Assembly (NCBI GenBank): GCA_017996315.1
Contig: JAGOHE010000002.1
Coordinates: forward strand, 1-43,096
Source of the DNA: Kiritimatiellia bacterium
Lineage (GTDB): Bacteria > Verrucomicrobiota > Kiritimatiellia > PWTM01
Direction of reading: 5' to 3'
Length of the DNA stretch: 43,096 nucleotides
A program made the translations under genes and the position numbers. Shown here one piece after another: positions 26,175 to 35,965 of the stretch. The notes below the pieces were generated by a model. It was not told where the DNA came from and searched no databases. It saw only the letters and a program-made list of their open reading frames with translations. Numbering within the stretch: the first letter of the stretch is position 1; every line of letters begins with the position of its first letter.

Positions 26175-26376
26175 CGCAGGAAAAACCTTTCAGACGGATG
26201 GGGATTCTAATCTCCAGGCGCTGTTCAGAACAGGACATCGTTTCTTCTTCGGCGGATCCGATGCCCCGGGCGGATTGGATCCCGTCAACCCCTCGGGCAC
26301 TTCAGTCCTTCCGGCGCGGAACCCCGGAATCCGATGGCGTGGACGCACGGGGCGCAAGGGGATATCATGGGCGCAA

Positions 26377-26453
26377 GCCCCCATAGCTCAGGTGGACAGA
26401 GCATCTGCCTTCTAAGCAGAGGGTCACTGGTTCGAATCCAGTTGGGGGTGCCA
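26377..26453 (+). tRNA. tRNA-Arg (anticodon TCT), CCA encoded
   Basis: Folded by hand: acceptor GCCCCCA/TGGGGGT (G1-U72 wobble), D arm GCTC-AGGTGGACA-GAGC, anticodon arm TCTGC-CTTCTAA-GCAGA (anticodon TCT), T arm ACTGG-TTCGAAT-CCAGT, then discriminator G and CCA. Confidence 0.9.
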
Positions 26454-26490
26454 CTTTTCCGGGCGTGATGCGCAGAAAGGTTTTGATGAT

Positions 26491-29448
26491 ATGGCTCACC
26501 GTATGACTGTTCGAGGGTTTTTCTCCGGTCGGGTTGGAATGTCCGTCCTGATCTCGCTCCCGTTTCTGGCGTGGTATGCCGGATTGAACGCGTGGGGGTA
26601 TCATCTCGGCGAAAGCGCCGTGACCATGGCCCGGACGCTGGGCGCCCATCCGTTCCCGGCGCTGGATCATCCGATATGGGAGATGACGGCTCGCGCCCTG
26701 GCGTCCATCCTGCCGCGCGCGGCGGTGCTTCCGGTCCTGAGCGGGTTGTGCGCGATTCTGGCGGCGTGGTCGGTCGGGCTGGCGTGCTCCTTCGCGTGGC
26801 GTCTGGCGGAAATTCCCGGTTTAGGCAGTGAAAGCCGATGGGAGCAGCACGGCCGGAAGCGGCGGCGAAGCAACACCACGCCGAAGCTGATATGCCGGGT
26901 TGGGGGAGGGTGGGCCGGGCTGATCCTGGGGTGCCATATGCCGGTGGTGATGGCGGCCACCCGGCCCATGTCTGCCGCGTTCGATCTCTGGCTGACGTTG
27001 CTCGCGCTGCACGCCACGGCTGCCGCGGCCGCCTCGCGCCGCACCTTTCCGCAGCTTTGGGCCGCGGCGCTGCTCGGCCTCGCGGTGGGGGAGCATCCCG
27101 CGGCGATCCCGCTCGCGTTCATAGCGGGCATATGGATGCTGTGGCGGATGTTTTCCAAGAAGATGATCAAGATACCCCGCGTTACCAAAAGCCGAGAAGA
27201 GGAACTGCGCGTCGGACTTCCGCTGGCCTGTGGCGCGCTCATTCTTCTGGCGGGCGCGGCGCCGTTGCTGATCAAGGCGGGTTTGTTACGGAGCCACCCC
27301 GCGGGGGTGTGGCTGGGCTACGATACCTATGGCCAGGCCCTTTGGGATTTGGCGGTCATGGCCCGGAGCCAATATCTCATAGGTTGGCCCTCGCAGGGCG
27401 GATTACTGGTGCTTCTAGTCACCGTGTTGCCCTCGGCGCTGGTATTTTTCGCGGCGTGGGGCGCCGATACGCGCCGGTCCATGCTGACGATGCTGATCCT
27501 GCTGGTGCCGATGGCGCTCGCGGGCGCACTGGCCTTCAACAGCAGATTGTCCCCGTGGCGCTTGTTCGGACTCATGCCCCTGTCCATCTGGCCGGGGCTG
27601 GTGGTGGCCTTGTGGTCGGGCGCGCTGGGTGCGATCTGGGCCCGCGCAGCCTGGGTGGAATGGAAGGTCGTCGAGAAGCCCTATCCCTCAAAATCCAAAC
27701 CGGTTCCCCGGTCCTTGCGGTGGGCGATGGGGTGGGGTTTGCCTCTGGCCGTTGCGGTGTTGGCCGTGGCGGGAGCGATTCGGTCGCGCGCGCTTGCGCA
27801 TGCCGGGGGGATGGAACCCATTCGCGATTCCGCCCGCGCCATTCTCGATGAGATTCCGCCGGACGGATGGATCGTTACCACCGGCGGGATGGACGACCCG
27901 TTGCGGCTGGCCGTGTATGAGCGCCGTCGGAACGTGAAGATCCTCAATCTCGCGCAGATGTCGCAACCGCCGTTGCGGCGATATCTTGCGTCCGCCTGGT
28001 CCGCCGACCTTCCCCTGGCCGGTCTGGCGGAGTATGTGCCGCACATGGCGCTCATCGAGTGGCTGAAATCAGATGGGGGGAAGCGCACGCGATTGCTCCA
28101 TGGGCCGGAGCTATGGGCAGCAGCGGGGCTGGCGCCCGTGCCGGGCGTATGGTCGTATGCCGGGCTTCCGCTGCCGACCGCCGCGGAGGATGCGCCGAAC
28201 GTGAGCAAGGAGGCCTGGCTTAAAGCCGGCGCCATGCAGGATCTGGCCCGGCGTTTGGGCGAAGTCCCGGTCGCGCTGGAACAGTTTGCTCTTTTCTTCC
28301 GCATGCAACTCAGTCGGATGGCGAATGATCACGGCGTTCAGCAGCATGCCGCGGGGGATATGGAATCTGCGCGCAAGTGGTATGAGCATGCGGCGCGGCT
28401 GTGCGATCGGAACCGGGTGGCCACCTTGAACCTGGAGGCCTCGTCGCCCGAGAAACCGGACGTTTCCGAATTGATACGCCGGTTTGCGGAATCGAACTCT
28501 GGCTTGAAGGAGTTAGATGCGTGGATTCTTTCACAGAGCGGGGCCTTGTCGCCGGAGGTCATGTCATCGCTGTCCCGGGCGTCCGGCGGCGCCGCGGCGG
28601 ATGCCGGGCAGCAGAGCCCGGCGGTGCGGTTTAATCTGGCTTTGCACTGGAGCCTTGCCGGCCGCGGGGAGTCAACGGTGCCGATCTCGCCCCGGCCGGA
28701 TGATCCGGCGATCGCCGTGCTGGCGGATGTGTTCAAGCTATTGGGGGAAGAGGATTTTGACGCGGCAGAGGACGCGCTGGCCCGGATGCGGGAAGCCCAT
28801 GCCTCTGATCCGCTGACGGACATGGGGGAATTGATGATTCGCGCGGTGCGGAACCAGAGCGAGGAGGCTCGGCGCATCGAGAGCTCGCTGCTGGCCCGAA
28901 ATATCCCGATGCCGACTTCACTGGCCGTTTCGCTGGCCCGGTTGGATTGGCAGGAAGGATTGACGGCCCAGGCGCAGGATCGCGCCGAACGCATCCTGCG
29001 CGGGGATCCCCGGTGCGTTCCCGCGCTCGAATTGCGGTTGCTCATGGCGATTCAGACGGTTCACCAGGAAGACGCGCAGCAGGGGGCGGCCGCGCTGCTG
29101 ACTGTGGATCCCCATCATCCGCTCGCGCTCCAGACGATTTCCAGTTTCCTGATCGAACGCCAGAAATATGCGGAAGCGGAAGCGTTATTGAGGCGCGCGA
29201 TCGGCCGGACGGAAAGTTCCGGTTTGCTCAACGATCTCGCCTGGGTGCTCCTGCGCCAGGGTCGTCCGCAGGAGGCCGAGCCGCTGGCGCGGCGGGCAGT
29301 GGAAAGCCCCGATGCGATATCCACCTACGCGGACACATTGATCGAAGTGCTGAACGCCCTCCAGCGCAGCGGCGAAGCCGACCAGGCGCTGGCGGACGCG
29401 CTGAAGAAATGGCCGGACGATCCCGACTTGAAAGCCCGCGTGAAATAA
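26491..29448 (+). CDS. polytopic membrane protein (DUF2723/PMT/TMTC-like GT-C fold suspected) with C-terminal TPR repeats
   Basis: 985 aa. The first ~430 aa contain about 10-11 hydrophobic helices. An early loop motif WGYHLGESAVTMARTLGAHPFPALDHPIW resembles the WDxGE...HPPG loop of DUF2723/TMEM260-type proteins. The last ~500 aa are TPR-like (ARKWYEHAARLCDRN..., YAEAEALLRRAIG..., GRPQEAEPLARRAVE...). The GT-C call is inference. Confidence 0.5.
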   Translation: MAHRMTVRGFFSGRVGMSVLISLPFLAWYAGLNAWGYHLGESAVTMARTLGAHPFPALDHPIWEMTARALASILPRAAVLPVLSGLCAILAAWSVGLACSFAWRLAEIPGLGSESRWEQHGRKRRRSNTTPKLICRVGGGWAGLILGCHMPVVMAATRPMSAAFDLWLTLLALHATAAAAASRRTFPQLWAAALLGLAVGEHPAAIPLAFIAGIWMLWRMFSKKMIKIPRVTKSREEELRVGLPLACGALILLAGAAPLLIKAGLLRSHPAGVWLGYDTYGQALWDLAVMARSQYLIGWPSQGGLLVLLVTVLPSALVFFAAWGADTRRSMLTMLILLVPMALAGALAFNSRLSPWRLFGLMPLSIWPGLVVALWSGALGAIWARAAWVEWKVVEKPYPSKSKPVPRSLRWAMGWGLPLAVAVLAVAGAIRSRALAHAGGMEPIRDSARAILDEIPPDGWIVTTGGMDDPLRLAVYERRRNVKILNLAQMSQPPLRRYLASAWSADLPLAGLAEYVPHMALIEWLKSDGGKRTRLLHGPELWAAAGLAPVPGVWSYAGLPLPTAAEDAPNVSKEAWLKAGAMQDLARRLGEVPVALEQFALFFRMQLSRMANDHGVQQHAAGDMESARKWYEHAARLCDRNRVATLNLEASSPEKPDVSELIRRFAESNSGLKELDAWILSQSGALSPEVMSSLSRASGGAAADAGQQSPAVRFNLALHWSLAGRGESTVPISPRPDDPAIAVLADVFKLLGEEDFDAAEDALARMREAHASDPLTDMGELMIRAVRNQSEEARRIESSLLARNIPMPTSLAVSLARLDWQEGLTAQAQDRAERILRGDPRCVPALELRLLMAIQTVHQEDAQQGAAALLTVDPHHPLALQTISSFLIERQKYAEAEALLRRAIGRTESSGLLNDLAWVLLRQGRPQEAEPLARRAVESPDAISTYADTLIEVLNALQRSGEADQALADALKKWPDDPDLKARVK

Positions 29449-29461
29449 CAGGTTCGGGCGT

Positions 29462-32191
29462 TTACTCCGTGTCCGGTTTGACCGCTTCCCGGTCCATCAG
29501 GGTGGGCACATCGGGGGACACAGGCGCCGCCGTGCGGCGGGAGCGCGCGCGCAGGGGAATGCCCTCGGCGTCCTGCTGGCGCATTTCCCGGCCCAGATCG
29601 CTGTCATTCCAGAGATGGTGCCATTTGGATTCCCTCGCATGCACGGAATCGTGAAGCCGGCGGGTTTCATCCCTCGCTTCGCCGGGCGTGGTGATCACAT
29701 ACGGGGTCAGAAACACCAGCAGTTCCGTGCGCTGTTTCTGCGTGGATTGGGACCGGAACAGGCGGCCGATGATCGGAATGTCTCCTACGAAGGGCACCTT
29801 GGTCTGCGTCTTTCGGTCCGTATTGCTCACCAGGCCCCCCAGCACCACCGTCGTCCGGTTGGACACGGTCAGGAACGCCTGAAGTTCGCGCTTGGTAATC
29901 ACGGGTACTTCGTTCCCGTCGATCTGGACAATGTCGCCGACGTTATCGGCGGTTTGCTTGACTTCCATCACCACGACCCGGGCGGGATTGATCCGCGGTT
30001 TCACCGCCAATTCGATGCCGATGTTGCGGTATTCATAGGAGGAACTCCGATTGCCTCCGTCGGTCACGGTCGTCACGCCGACCACCGGCCTCTCTTCTCC
30101 GGCGATGATGGTGGCCTCGGTGTTGTCTGTCGTCATGATGACCGGCGTGGACAACACCTTGGCATCGCTCGAACTCGCGGCCATGCGGAGAATGCCGTCG
30201 AGGTTCAGGTTATTGAGCGTCAGAAAGTACGTCAGGCTGCCGCCGGATAATGCGGTGTCGCGCGCGACCGTCGCCGCGTCCATGAATGCCGCCGATTCAC
30301 CGGTGACCAGCCCGCCTCCCCACGACGCGATGGGTTGGTTCGATGTCACGCCACCCAGGGGACCGGTGTTCTGTGATTCATACGCCGTAAGAGAACGTTG
30401 CAGCCAGTCAAATCCGTAGCTGATGTTGTCGCTGAGGGTGACCTCCACGATGACGGCCTCGATAATGACCTGCGCCAGCATGACATCGATCTGGCGTACG
30501 ATCTCGATCAGCGCCTCGACATCGCCCCGGCGGCCCATGAGAAGGATGGAATTGCTCCGGGTGTCGGCGAGAATTCGGGTGTTGGGTGAAATCTGGCCGA
30601 ACTTGGTGGGAGTGGAATCCGCGGCACCGCCGGTGGTCGGGCGCTCGATGCGGTCTATGAAATCCCGGAGCGACTGGCTGCGGGCGTCGGTCGCGGCGGC
30701 GGCCGTGCCGGTCGTCGTCCGCGTGCGGGAGGTATCCGTTCGGGATGTGCCGGCGCCCGAGCCCGTGGTCGTGCCGGTGGTCGAGGTCCGCCGGCTCGCA
30801 TTGGCGGCCCCGATGAAATCGTTGAGCATCTGCGAGGCTTCCTCCGCATCGGCATATTCCAGCGGATGAACCTTGACCACCATTTCCGGTTCCACCTCGC
30901 GGTCGAGGACGGCGATGATTTTATCAAAGAACTCGAAGTTCACCGGATCGGAGAGGACGATCAGCGTATTCGTTCGCTCGTCCGAGAGAATCTTGACTTC
31001 TCCGGAGACCACACCGCGCTCGGCGGCGCTGATTTCCACCGGGGCTGTCGAGGGCGTCGCGGGCGCGGCCGCGCCGCGCGGGGAGGGACGGATCACACCG
31101 GATGGCGAAGAGGGCGTCGGCGTGGAGGACGGGCTGCGTCGGGACGCGGTTTCGCCCCCCTGGGCGTCGGCGATCAGGTCGTTGATTTGCGACGCCACCG
31201 AGGCGGCCTCGGCATGCCGGAGTTCATACACCCGGGTTTCCGTGCGAATGAGCGAGGGGCGATCGAGATAGGCCAGAACTTCCAGGACCCGTTTCAGGTT
31301 CGTTTGGGTGTCGGTGATGAGCATGCTGTTGGTGCGCTCCAGCGCCTGGATTTTTCCGAATCCATGCAACAGCCCCTGTAACACCGCGGTGGCTTCTTCC
31401 AGGGAAAGATGTTTGAGCATGATCACCTGGCTGGAGATGGATTCTCCTTCAGGCAGCGCGGCCGCTTCCGCGTCCCCGGTGCTCACCGCCAACCCTTCCT
31501 GGCGGACATTGGCGGACGGCACCACCTTGAAAAATTTCTCGCCCAGGGGCACGAGGCTGATGTTGTTCATCGCGAGGGCGGCTTCAATGGCCATGCGTCG
31601 TTCCGGCTCGGTCAGGGCGGACTGACTTTCCAGGGTGATGGTCGCGGTAACGCCCGGCGCCATGATCATCGTGCGCCCCGTCAGGTTGGCGTAATCCCGG
31701 AGCACCATATCCAGCGGAGCTTCTGTGAAGCGGATCGGCACAGCCCGATCCGTCTCCGACTCGGCGGATGGGGTTACCAGCCGTTCGCCCGGTTGCAGGG
31801 TGACGGAGGAATCCGGAGAATCCGAGCCCGGATCAGTGGCCTCCGCCTCGTTCGAGCCGGCGGCGGGTATCGGGGCTGCGGCCCCAGCCGCGGCGCCTCT
31901 GGAGGACGGTGTCTGCGGGGCCGGGAGCGTTGGAATGGGAAGCGCCGTGGTTCTGGACGCTGGCGCTACCGGTGGGGAGCGCGGGGTCACCGGGGCGGTG
32001 ACCGAGGGGGCATTCGTCACCGGAGCGGCCGGGGCTTCAGCGGGTACGAGATTCGACGAGCGGGGGCGCATGACGGCCGGCGGGGGCGCGGGGAGACCGG
32101 GCGAGTCCTGTTGGGACCACGCGGGGGAGGTGGCGACCGCCAGGGCGAGCGCGATCACCGTGCGACGAGCAATAAATCTTGATGGAGTCAT
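29462..32191 (-). CDS. gspD: type II secretion system secretin
   Basis: 909 aa. Signal peptide MTPSRFIARRTVIALALAVATSPAWS. N0/N1-N3-type repeats (FTEAPLDMVLRDYANLTGRTMI, TNSMLITDTQTNLKRVLEVLAYLD, ERTNTLIVLSDPVNFEFFDKIIAVLD, TRSNSILLMGRRGDVEALIEIVRQID). Secretin core VLSTPVIMTTDNTEATIIAG and VPFVGDIPIIGRLFRSQSTQKQRTELLVFLTPYVI. Confidence 0.9.
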   Translation of the reverse strand: MTPSRFIARRTVIALALAVATSPAWSQQDSPGLPAPPPAVMRPRSSNLVPAEAPAAPVTNAPSVTAPVTPRSPPVAPASRTTALPIPTLPAPQTPSSRGAAAGAAAPIPAAGSNEAEATDPGSDSPDSSVTLQPGERLVTPSAESETDRAVPIRFTEAPLDMVLRDYANLTGRTMIMAPGVTATITLESQSALTEPERRMAIEAALAMNNISLVPLGEKFFKVVPSANVRQEGLAVSTGDAEAAALPEGESISSQVIMLKHLSLEEATAVLQGLLHGFGKIQALERTNSMLITDTQTNLKRVLEVLAYLDRPSLIRTETRVYELRHAEAASVASQINDLIADAQGGETASRRSPSSTPTPSSPSGVIRPSPRGAAAPATPSTAPVEISAAERGVVSGEVKILSDERTNTLIVLSDPVNFEFFDKIIAVLDREVEPEMVVKVHPLEYADAEEASQMLNDFIGAANASRRTSTTGTTTGSGAGTSRTDTSRTRTTTGTAAAATDARSQSLRDFIDRIERPTTGGAADSTPTKFGQISPNTRILADTRSNSILLMGRRGDVEALIEIVRQIDVMLAQVIIEAVIVEVTLSDNISYGFDWLQRSLTAYESQNTGPLGGVTSNQPIASWGGGLVTGESAAFMDAATVARDTALSGGSLTYFLTLNNLNLDGILRMAASSSDAKVLSTPVIMTTDNTEATIIAGEERPVVGVTTVTDGGNRSSSYEYRNIGIELAVKPRINPARVVVMEVKQTADNVGDIVQIDGNEVPVITKRELQAFLTVSNRTTVVLGGLVSNTDRKTQTKVPFVGDIPIIGRLFRSQSTQKQRTELLVFLTPYVITTPGEARDETRRLHDSVHARESKWHHLWNDSDLGREMRQQDAEGIPLRARSRRTAAPVSPDVPTLMDREAVKPDTE

Positions 32192-32808
32192 GGGGTTTTC
32201 TCCGAAGGGACGGGCGTGGGAAGATCCGCGACCGCTTCTGGTCCGGTCCGTGTGTAGGCGCAGGCTACGGTAAAATCACCCGATAATCCGCCTCCGCTGC
32301 GGGCGGGCAGAATATCGAGTTTGCGGACATCCAACAGCAGTCCCTGAGTTTGAACCTGATACAAAAAACGGACGATGGCCTCCAGCGATCCTCGCCATGA
32401 GCCGGTCACCTCCACCATCATGATCTCGTCCGGGCGCGGGGTGTTTCCGGCCGATTGTTCACCGGGCGTAAGGCCGGCGCTCTGCTCCCGATCCGCCCTG
32501 CGGCTGATCAGGGTCAGACCGGATTGAATCGCCACGTTCTCCACAATCTGCATCACGTCCGCACGGACATCGCGCTGGGGGGGGTGCGCGGGAACCTGCC
32601 GCAGAAGCGCCCGCAGTCGGCCTTCCGCGCCGGGGCCCTGGGCTTGCAGGGTCGCCGCCGCCTTCTGCCGCTCGACCAATTCCTCTTTATTCGTCCGGAT
32701 CCGGTCCAGCTCGGCGCGCTGCCCGGCGACAAATTGCCACGTCACCGCGCCCAATCCCAGGGTGATCGTCACCGCGGCCAGCGCAACTTCCCGTGGGCTG
32801 ATGTTCAT
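32188..32808 (-). CDS. GspM/PilO-like bitopic T2SS assembly protein
   Basis: The track ORF 32188..33303 has a spurious extension. ATG 32808 overlaps the upstream stop (ATGA). 206 aa: MNISPREVALAAVTITLGLGAVTWQFV (one TM), a coiled coil, then a C-terminal alpha/beta domain. Assignment rests on position and topology. Confidence 0.5.
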   Translation of the reverse strand: MNISPREVALAAVTITLGLGAVTWQFVAGQRAELDRIRTNKEELVERQKAAATLQAQGPGAEGRLRALLRQVPAHPPQRDVRADVMQIVENVAIQSGLTLISRRADREQSAGLTPGEQSAGNTPRPDEIMMVEVTGSWRGSLEAIVRFLYQVQTQGLLLDVRKLDILPARSGGGLSGDFTVACAYTRTGPEAVADLPTPVPSEKTP

Positions 32809-34220
32809 GAGGCGGGCGCCTCCAACTCGCAGATCACCCGGAATTCGGATACGGAACCTGTCGCTCTGGAACGATCGTTGATGCCTTCGAGCGTGACCCC
32901 GTGGAAAATGCCGCTTTCCTCGAGCGCCTTGATATAGGCATAGGTATGCGCCGACATGACGGTTTCGCCTCGGAGCTGCAGCGACTTGCCCTTGTTGAAC
33001 GAGAATGACGTCAGCCGCGCTCCATGGGGCAGGGGTTCGCTGACGAGACGCAGCATCTCGAGAGCGGTCCGTCGCTGGTCCGTATGCGCGTCCAGCGCGG
33101 CAATGCGATCCTGGGTCTCCCGGACAGCCCGCGCGGGTTTCTCCGCTCTCACGACTTCCTTTTCCAGCGCGTCGGCATCCGCGGCGGCCAGGCGCACATA
33201 GACGAACAATCCGCCCAGCGCGATCAGCCAGGCCAGCAGCGCGGCGGATAGGCCGATGACCGTTTTGCGGAGAAAATTCTTTCGGATCCGGTCCCGTCCC
33301 CATTCAGGAAGCGCGAGATTGATAGCGTGAGGATCGGGATGCTCGAAATCGGCCCCTTCGAGCGCCGCGCGGCTCACGCGGAACTCGGCCGGTGTGTGCT
33401 GTTCCACCGCCGGCATGCCCAGCCCTTCGGACAACTCGCTCGCCCACGAACCCGCGGGCGCGTCCCAAACCCACAAGTCGCATTCCCGAACGCCCCAATT
33501 CTGTTCCAACACGGCCAGGGACAAGCCGCATTCGTTCAGCAGATCCTCGAGGATGGGGGTCTCCACAGGCGCGGAGGTCATCACACGGATCAGAATCGGC
33601 TGGCCGTCTTGGGTGACGATGAACCAGCATCCGCCGGGAATGAACCGGATGTGGAGCGTGCGCGCGGCGTGTTCCGCGACCGGAAGACGCAGCACCGAGC
33701 GCCACCAGACCCACAAATCCAGCTCCACGCGATGGGGCCGCCAACGATGGCCCATCCACTGATCCGCGATGTTCAAAAGGCGCTCGCGCCGCATCGCGGC
33801 GATCAGCAGTTGCGTCTGGCCATCCCGTTCCAACAATGGCGCGCAGGACAGGACCAGTTGCTCGACGGGGAAGGGCGAAATTTCATCCAGTTGCAACTCG
33901 GCCATCCCGCGCAGTTCCACGGGATCCACGGACGGGAGGCGGACAATACGGAACAGGGCTTCCGCGGAAGGCAGCACCAGCGCCGATTCGGATCCGTGAT
34001 AGGACGCCCACGCCGCCGGGGGAGGGGTCTCCGCCGCCGGAGATTCAGATCCCAGGCCCAGTTCCTCGCGGTGCTCGCCCCGTATATGCAGGGCGGTCCA
34101 TTCGGCGCCCTCTCCAACCACGTAGATACCCATCCGCGCACCGGCCCGGCGCCGCGGGCGACGATCCTTCGCCGGCGCCGGCTCGACGTCCTTCGGATGC
34201 TCTGCGTGTTGTTCGCTCAT
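32805..34220 (-). CDS. GspL-like T2SS protein (cytoplasmic PilM-like domain + TM + PilN-like periplasmic domain)
   Basis: 471 aa. About 300 aa of cytoplasmic domain, one TM (TVIGLSAALLAWLIALGGLFVYV), a coiled coil, and a ferredoxin-like C-terminus (LTSFSFNKGKSLQLRGETVMSAHTYAYIKALEESGIF). It sits between gspK and the gspM-like gene. Confidence 0.55.
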   Translation of the reverse strand: MSEQHAEHPKDVEPAPAKDRRPRRRAGARMGIYVVGEGAEWTALHIRGEHREELGLGSESPAAETPPPAAWASYHGSESALVLPSAEALFRIVRLPSVDPVELRGMAELQLDEISPFPVEQLVLSCAPLLERDGQTQLLIAAMRRERLLNIADQWMGHRWRPHRVELDLWVWWRSVLRLPVAEHAARTLHIRFIPGGCWFIVTQDGQPILIRVMTSAPVETPILEDLLNECGLSLAVLEQNWGVRECDLWVWDAPAGSWASELSEGLGMPAVEQHTPAEFRVSRAALEGADFEHPDPHAINLALPEWGRDRIRKNFLRKTVIGLSAALLAWLIALGGLFVYVRLAAADADALEKEVVRAEKPARAVRETQDRIAALDAHTDQRRTALEMLRLVSEPLPHGARLTSFSFNKGKSLQLRGETVMSAHTYAYIKALEESGIFHGVTLEGINDRSRATGSVSEFRVICELEAPAS

Positions 34221-34223
34221 GGT

Positions 34224-35288
34224 TCAGTACACAGGCTCTTCCCGCCATGCCAAAATGACCATTTGGGTCCCTTGCACCTGAAACGTGCATGAGATCGCAT
34301 ACTGTACACCATCGGCATCGCCGGTGGATACCACCTTGATGTAGTTCAGGGTCCGGGTATTGAAGCGATCCGTCAGCAGGGGATTGACGCCGGCGCGCAC
34401 CATCATGTCGTCTACGGAGGTGAACCCGTCATCCCGGGTGCCGGCCGTTTCATCCAACCCCAGCCGCTTTTCCAGAATATCTTCCGCCTCCCATTCGGTC
34501 AGTTCCGGCAGCGTCAACAGCACATCCCGGCTCGCCACGTTGGCGTTGATCTTCCCATCGCCCCAAGTGGTGAGCCACCGGGCGATGCCCAGATACGGGA
34601 GATCATCCTCCTCGGGAGACGGCCCGCCAAAGACGATGCGCTCATCGAAGCCCTTGATCATTAACAGCTCGTCCACGCTGTCGAGGAGCCCGTTTTTGGG
34701 CTCATAACCGGCCTCAACATAGAACCGATCGTCTTTTTCGGCGCCGTTGGCCCGCACGAGATCGTTGTCATCGGTGTAATCAAGGAACGCATCGATCAAC
34801 TCGTCCCACAGGTCTTCAGGAACCTGGGCCAGTTCCAGCAACCGTTCCCATTCCTCCTCCGTCAGCCGGTTCACATTGCGCCGTTCGTCTTCGGGAACGA
34901 TGTCGACCCGGAACACGCCTTCGCCCAGCGACACCTCGCTCTGCCGGACGCCGGCGCCGCGCTGGAGGAGCAGGGCGCCCATGTAGAGCGGATCGGTGTC
35001 GTACTCCTCCGGCGCCTCCGGATCGGCTTCATTGCGCAGTTCGATCGCGCGCTGGGCCCATACGACGCCCGCCCGGGCCAGATACATCGCCCGGGTGCGT
35101 TTTCGGTAGTGTGAGGTGACTTGGGCTTCCACGCGCATGTCGAAGGAGAAACTCGCCACCATCAACCCCAGAATCAGCAGCACCCACATCGTCAGCAGCA
35201 GCGCCGCGCCGCGCCGGCGGCCACGGCCGCGGCCCAACCGGCGAAGCCCTCGAAGGGCGGCGCGAGGTGGAAGGGGCGATCCGGTCAT
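34224..35288 (-). CDS. gspK: T2SS minor pseudopilin GspK
   Basis: 354 aa. N-terminal hydrophobic segment GAALLLTMWVLLILGLMVASFSF, then RTRAMYLARAGVVWA, NVNRLTEEEWERLL and SVDELLMIKGFDERIVFG (HhH-like). Typical GspK layout and size. Confidence 0.8.
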   Translation of the reverse strand: MTGSPLPPRAALRGLRRLGRGRGRRRGAALLLTMWVLLILGLMVASFSFDMRVEAQVTSHYRKRTRAMYLARAGVVWAQRAIELRNEADPEAPEEYDTDPLYMGALLLQRGAGVRQSEVSLGEGVFRVDIVPEDERRNVNRLTEEEWERLLELAQVPEDLWDELIDAFLDYTDDNDLVRANGAEKDDRFYVEAGYEPKNGLLDSVDELLMIKGFDERIVFGGPSPEEDDLPYLGIARWLTTWGDGKINANVASRDVLLTLPELTEWEAEDILEKRLGLDETAGTRDDGFTSVDDMMVRAGVNPLLTDRFNTRTLNYIKVVSTGDADGVQYAISCTFQVQGTQMVILAWREEPVY

Positions 35289-35965
35289 CGCTGCCTCCGA
35301 CGCGTGTTCTGCAGGCGCGACGTCGCGACCCCGGAAGCGGGGATATCCACAAGTCTTCTCATGATCAGCGGCTCGTACGTGCCTTCGGGCGGGTCAAAGT
35401 ACAAGGCGATCTCCACGCGATCGGGAAGCCGGTTGGTGTTCTCCCAATCGTCTTCGAATTCTTCACGCTCGGCGTTCCAGAAGCGGCAATCGAGGCCGCG
35501 TACCAGCGGACTGACCAGCCAGGGATCCACCTCATCGCGGTCCATGTCGCGCTGCAGGTGCGACCAGGCGCGGGCCATGAGCGCCTCGCCTCCCGCATCG
35601 CGGTCCGTTTCGATGGACAGCTCAATGCGGTGGGTGGTTCGGGCCAAATGCGAGGTTGGCGCGATGAACGCGCGCGCGGAAGTCACCCACGAAATACGGT
35701 CCTCGGGATAGGTCCCCGACCCGTCTTCATGCAGGAAGCCGTACAGGGATCCGGAGGTATTCGCCTGAACATACGTGGCGGATCGCAACGCCGCTTCGAC
35801 CTGCTCCGAGACGAAGTCGCCATGATGAAGCTCTTCCACGGCCGCGGTCCCAAACTGCCACGCCTGTTTGATGGCGACAAAGGTGCGGCCGATGATCGTG
35901 AAGGCGATGGCCACGAGAACGATCGTGACCAACACTTCGATCAAGGTGAATCCCCGCCGCTTCAT
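35285..35965 (-). CDS. gspJ: T2SS minor pseudopilin GspJ-like
   Basis: The start is placed at MKRRG|FTLIEVLVTIVLVAIAFTII (prepilin cleavage/methylation motif). 226 aa, with ATGA overlaps on both sides. The position matches gspJ. Confidence 0.7.
   Translation of the reverse strand: MKRRGFTLIEVLVTIVLVAIAFTIIGRTFVAIKQAWQFGTAAVEELHHGDFVSEQVEAALRSATYVQANTSGSLYGFLHEDGSGTYPEDRISWVTSARAFIAPTSHLARTTHRIELSIETDRDAGGEALMARAWSHLQRDMDRDEVDPWLVSPLVRGLDCRFWNAEREEFEDDWENTNRLPDRVEIALYFDPPEGTYEPLIMRRLVDIPASGVATSRLQNTRRRQR

Noticed and set aside
26175-26376. The 200-nt gap between the rsmE start and tRNA-Arg, considered as a possible ncRNA
   Set aside because: It has no convincing structure or conserved motif. 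It is most simply explained as divergent promoter space for rsmE and the tRNA.
32809-33303. N-terminal extension of ORF 32188..33303 (371 aa)
   Set aside because: It overlaps the GspL-like gene in another frame. ATG 32808 gives an ATGA junction and a typical bitopic 206-aa GspM/PilO-like protein.
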